Below are positions 61,664 to 64,000 of a stretch of DNA of 64,000 nucleotides, piece by piece. Under the pieces are notes generated by a model. The model was not told the DNA's origin. It did not search any database and saw only the letters and a program-made list of their open reading frames with translations. Both the position numbers and the translations under genes were made by a program. Each line of letters starts with the position of its first letter. Positions within the stretch are counted from its first letter, which is position 1. Where the stretch lies: NCBI GenBank assembly GCA_963765495.1, contig CAVXWP010000001.1, positions 832,001 through 896,000 of the forward strand. The letters are read 5' to 3'. Source of the stretch: Blastocatellia bacterium. GTDB taxonomy: Bacteria; Acidobacteriota; Blastocatellia; UBA7656.

Positions 61664-62470
61664 TCATTTGATCTTCTTTAGCAGATTCTTCCATCTGACC
61701 CACGCTTCGTCGTGCGCCTTCTTGTTTCCCTCGACCGTGTTTGAAGGGTCTTCACCCGCGCGCATGAACCCGTGGCCCGCTCCGTCATAAGTGACCGGCT
61801 CGTATGTCTTGCCGGCCTCTTTCATCATCTCTGAGGTCTTGGCTACCGTAGAGGTTACGCGAGCATCATTGCCGCCATAGAAACCATAGACCGGGGCTTT
61901 TATCCTCTTGAGATCATCCACAGACCCCGGCCCCGTGCCGTAAAAGACAAAGGCCGCGGAGAGTGCCGGGCGGTTGGTCGCAAAACGGAAGGATTGACCT
62001 CCCCCCCAGCAAAAGCCCGCCACGGCGACCTTGCCGTTAGCGGAGGGGAGCTTGGCTACATAATCTGCCACCGCCTTCAAATCGGCGGTGACCTGGTCGG
62101 GGGGCAGCTTGCCTACTGCCTGCGTGACCGAATTGCGATCAGTGAAGGCGCTGGAACCGCCTCCGTCGGGCCCCATGCCGGAAAGCAGATCGGGAGCTAT
62201 GGCGATGTAGCCCGCTTCGGCCAGCTGGTCGCAAACGGTTTCGACCCATTCGGTCATTCCAAAGATTTCGTGAATCACTACGACGGCCGTCGCCTTATTC
62301 TTCACCTCCGGGTAGACGATGAAAGAATTAACAGCCCTGTTTCCATTCTTGACCTGTACCCATTCCTGATGGCGTGGCGATTTCTCAAGACGCTGCTTCG
62401 CCCAGTCCTGCGCTGACGCGGGTGCGATCACTAAGAGCGTCAGTGTAATAATGAAAAAAGCTTTCTTCAT
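61664..62470 (-). CDS. Secreted dienelactone hydrolase family protein
   Basis: GGAGG RBS, signal peptide, IHEIFG, APDL, GFCWGG, D.R, AGHGF. Confidence 0.9.
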   Translation of the reverse strand: MKKAFFIITLTLLVIAPASAQDWAKQRLEKSPRHQEWVQVKNGNRAVNSFIVYPEVKNKATAVVVIHEIFGMTEWVETVCDQLAEAGYIAIAPDLLSGMGPDGGGSSAFTDRNSVTQAVGKLPPDQVTADLKAVADYVAKLPSANGKVAVAGFCWGGGQSFRFATNRPALSAAFVFYGTGPGSVDDLKRIKAPVYGFYGGNDARVTSTVAKTSEMMKEAGKTYEPVTYDGAGHGFMRAGEDPSNTVEGNKKAHDEAWVRWKNLLKKIK

Positions 62471-62616
62471 TTCTCCTCCGTTTTTCGTCCACAACATCCG
62501 GTTCGGCTAATATTAATACTTCGAAAGTGATAATGATACTGCGTCAGAGGGCGGGAATAAACCCTTTAACCGCCGAATCGGAGCCGATGTTTCTTTGAGG
62601 CGGGAAGAGGTTTTAA

Positions 62617-63678
62617 TCAGTGTTTATTGCGCAACTCCTTTATAGTTGAGCGCAGGCGGTCGGCGTCGGGCGCTTGAGGCGACAGCTTCAAGTAGGTTTC
62701 CAGTTCGTCTGCGGCCCGACCATACTCTCTCTTGCCCCAGTAGATTCCCCCGAGATAATAATGGGCCATACTCACATCATCTCGCCCGGACTTAACCGCC
62801 TTTTGAAGCTCGTTTTCGCTTTCGTCCAACCGGCGCAGCCTCATCAGCGACACGCCCAGATACAGATGCGCCAGCGCGGATGCGTCATTCTTCTTTACCG
62901 CTTCCCGGCACTGTTTTTCGGCTTCGGCAAATTCCTTTTTCTGGATCAATGCTATTCCATAATTGAGTCGTCCAATATAGTTTTCCGGCTCGAACTTGAC
63001 CGCCTGTTTAAGCGTCTCAACAGCGTTGTCGACCTGATTGAGCTTCAGGTATTGCACGCCGAGTTCGTTTAATGCCTGTGGGAATTCCGGATAAATCGCA
63101 ATCGCGCTCTTCAGATTCTCGACCGCCGCCGCAGAGTCGTTCTTTCTTGATGCTTCAATCCCTTTTTCATAAAGCTCAAGGGCGGGTTTCGGCACTTTTG
63201 CAAGCGAAGCGTCAACTGTGCCCGTCTTCATCTCGGAACCGCTTGCCGTGCCCTTTCGCCGAAGGTAGATCGGAACCGTCAAAATGCGCGGTGAGCTTAT
63301 TGTGACAAACCCCTGTCTATCTATCGTGATAGGTTCTCTGTACGGCTCATAGTCTTTGTCTCCATCAATGATGATGGTGTAGTTGCCCGCCTGTAGACCG
63401 CTGAACCTGAACGAACCGTTCACATCGCTTATAGTGCTGAGATTGGCCATGTCCATGCTTTCAAGCCTCACCTTTATCCGAACCTCTCCGGCCGGGCCTG
63501 TGGGCAGATAGATACGACCTTGAATCGTATTGTTCCCGCCTGTCCCCGTTGTATCGATTCCGCCGCCGCTTTGAGCCCTGCCTGCCGAACAAAGAAGCAG
63601 AAGCATCAGCGAAGAGATCAGGATTTTAAGCCGGGAACCAGTCTTTTTCTGAGCCATTATGCCGAAACAGGAATGCAT
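62617..63678 (-). CDS. Secreted carboxypeptidase-regulatory-like domain + TPR protein
   Basis: AAAGGAGG then ATG 63678, signal peptide, G.F.F.GL.AGNY, VPKPA..LY.KG, TPRs. Confidence 0.85.
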   Translation of the reverse strand: MHSCFGIMAQKKTGSRLKILISSLMLLLLCSAGRAQSGGGIDTTGTGGNNTIQGRIYLPTGPAGEVRIKVRLESMDMANLSTISDVNGSFRFSGLQAGNYTIIIDGDKDYEPYREPITIDRQGFVTISSPRILTVPIYLRRKGTASGSEMKTGTVDASLAKVPKPALELYEKGIEASRKNDSAAAVENLKSAIAIYPEFPQALNELGVQYLKLNQVDNAVETLKQAVKFEPENYIGRLNYGIALIQKKEFAEAEKQCREAVKKNDASALAHLYLGVSLMRLRRLDESENELQKAVKSGRDDVSMAHYYLGGIYWGKREYGRAADELETYLKLSPQAPDADRLRSTIKELRNKH

Positions 63679-63777
63679 ATGAGCGCCTCCTTTCAAAGCT
63701 TATTTGTATAGAGCGAGTTTATCGAGAAAACCTGATGTAGAGTCTAACTTTATCAGAATGATCGGGCAAAACAAAAA

Positions 63778-63849
63778 TGAGAGAAGCGCTTTTTAAAAGA
63801 GCGCTTCTCTCAAAGACTTCTCAGACGCGCTTTGAAGCGCGTCTGAGAA
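63778..63849 (-). terminator. Tandem hairpins, terminator of the upstream TonB receptor gene
   Basis: TTCTCAGACGCGCTT/AAGCGCGTCTGAGAA and TGAGAGAAGCGCT/AGCGCTTCTCTCA, then a U-rich tract on the minus strand. Confidence 0.7.
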
Positions 63850-63857
63850 AGGTTGAC

Positions 63858-64000
63858 TTAGAATTGGAACTTAACTCCCAGGCGAAGTGAGGATGGGAAC
63901 TGGAAGATGGTTCCGGTTCCATAAAATGGATTCGGAACATTCGGCTCGCCCGAAGCGCCGGTCGTAATCTCGAATGTTTCATCGACTCTGATTGCGCGCT
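63858..64000 (-). CDS. C-terminus of an Oar-like TonB-dependent receptor (partial; not in the ORF track)
   Basis: Minus-strand translation ...PNVPNPFYGTGTIFQFPSSLRLGVKFQF-stop. Confidence 0.75.
   Translation of the reverse strand, partial: RAIRVDETFEITTGASGEPNVPNPFYGTGTIFQFPSSLRLGVKFQF

Overview
A gene-dense bacterial chromosomal window. Gene content (acidobacterial VWA protein, carboxypeptidase-regulatory/TPR and CRTAC1 proteins, wHTH-TolB-TPR regulator, PPC-TPR-CHAT protein, Oar-like TonB receptor end) points to Acidobacteriota, probably Blastocatellia; this is inference. I saw no rRNA, tRNA, CRISPR array, integrase or transposase. Recognisable genes include thrC, acnA, a cold-shock gene, mscS, a TonB receptor plus ZIP transporter, a LytS/LytTR pair, an F420 cluster (npdG-cofD-cofC-cofE) and a CoA ligase/lyase/hydratase operon. 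Main points of interest: (1) a TPR-CHAT protease + ECF sigma + membrane anti-sigma locus, followed by uncharacterised secreted proteins and a beta-barrel, with four exactly spaced copies of a TGAAA-N16-GNCAG promoter-like motif; (2) a 1048-aa fusion of FHA, heptaheme cytochrome, ferredoxin and permuted flavin-reductase domains, divergent from the F420 genes; (3) a probable UxxC selenoprotein that the ORF track splits in two; (4) a MauG-type diheme enzyme / WxW metallophosphoesterase / cytochrome c operon; (5) many intergenic hairpins built from heptamer or nonamer repeats. All product calls come from motif recognition, not database searches.
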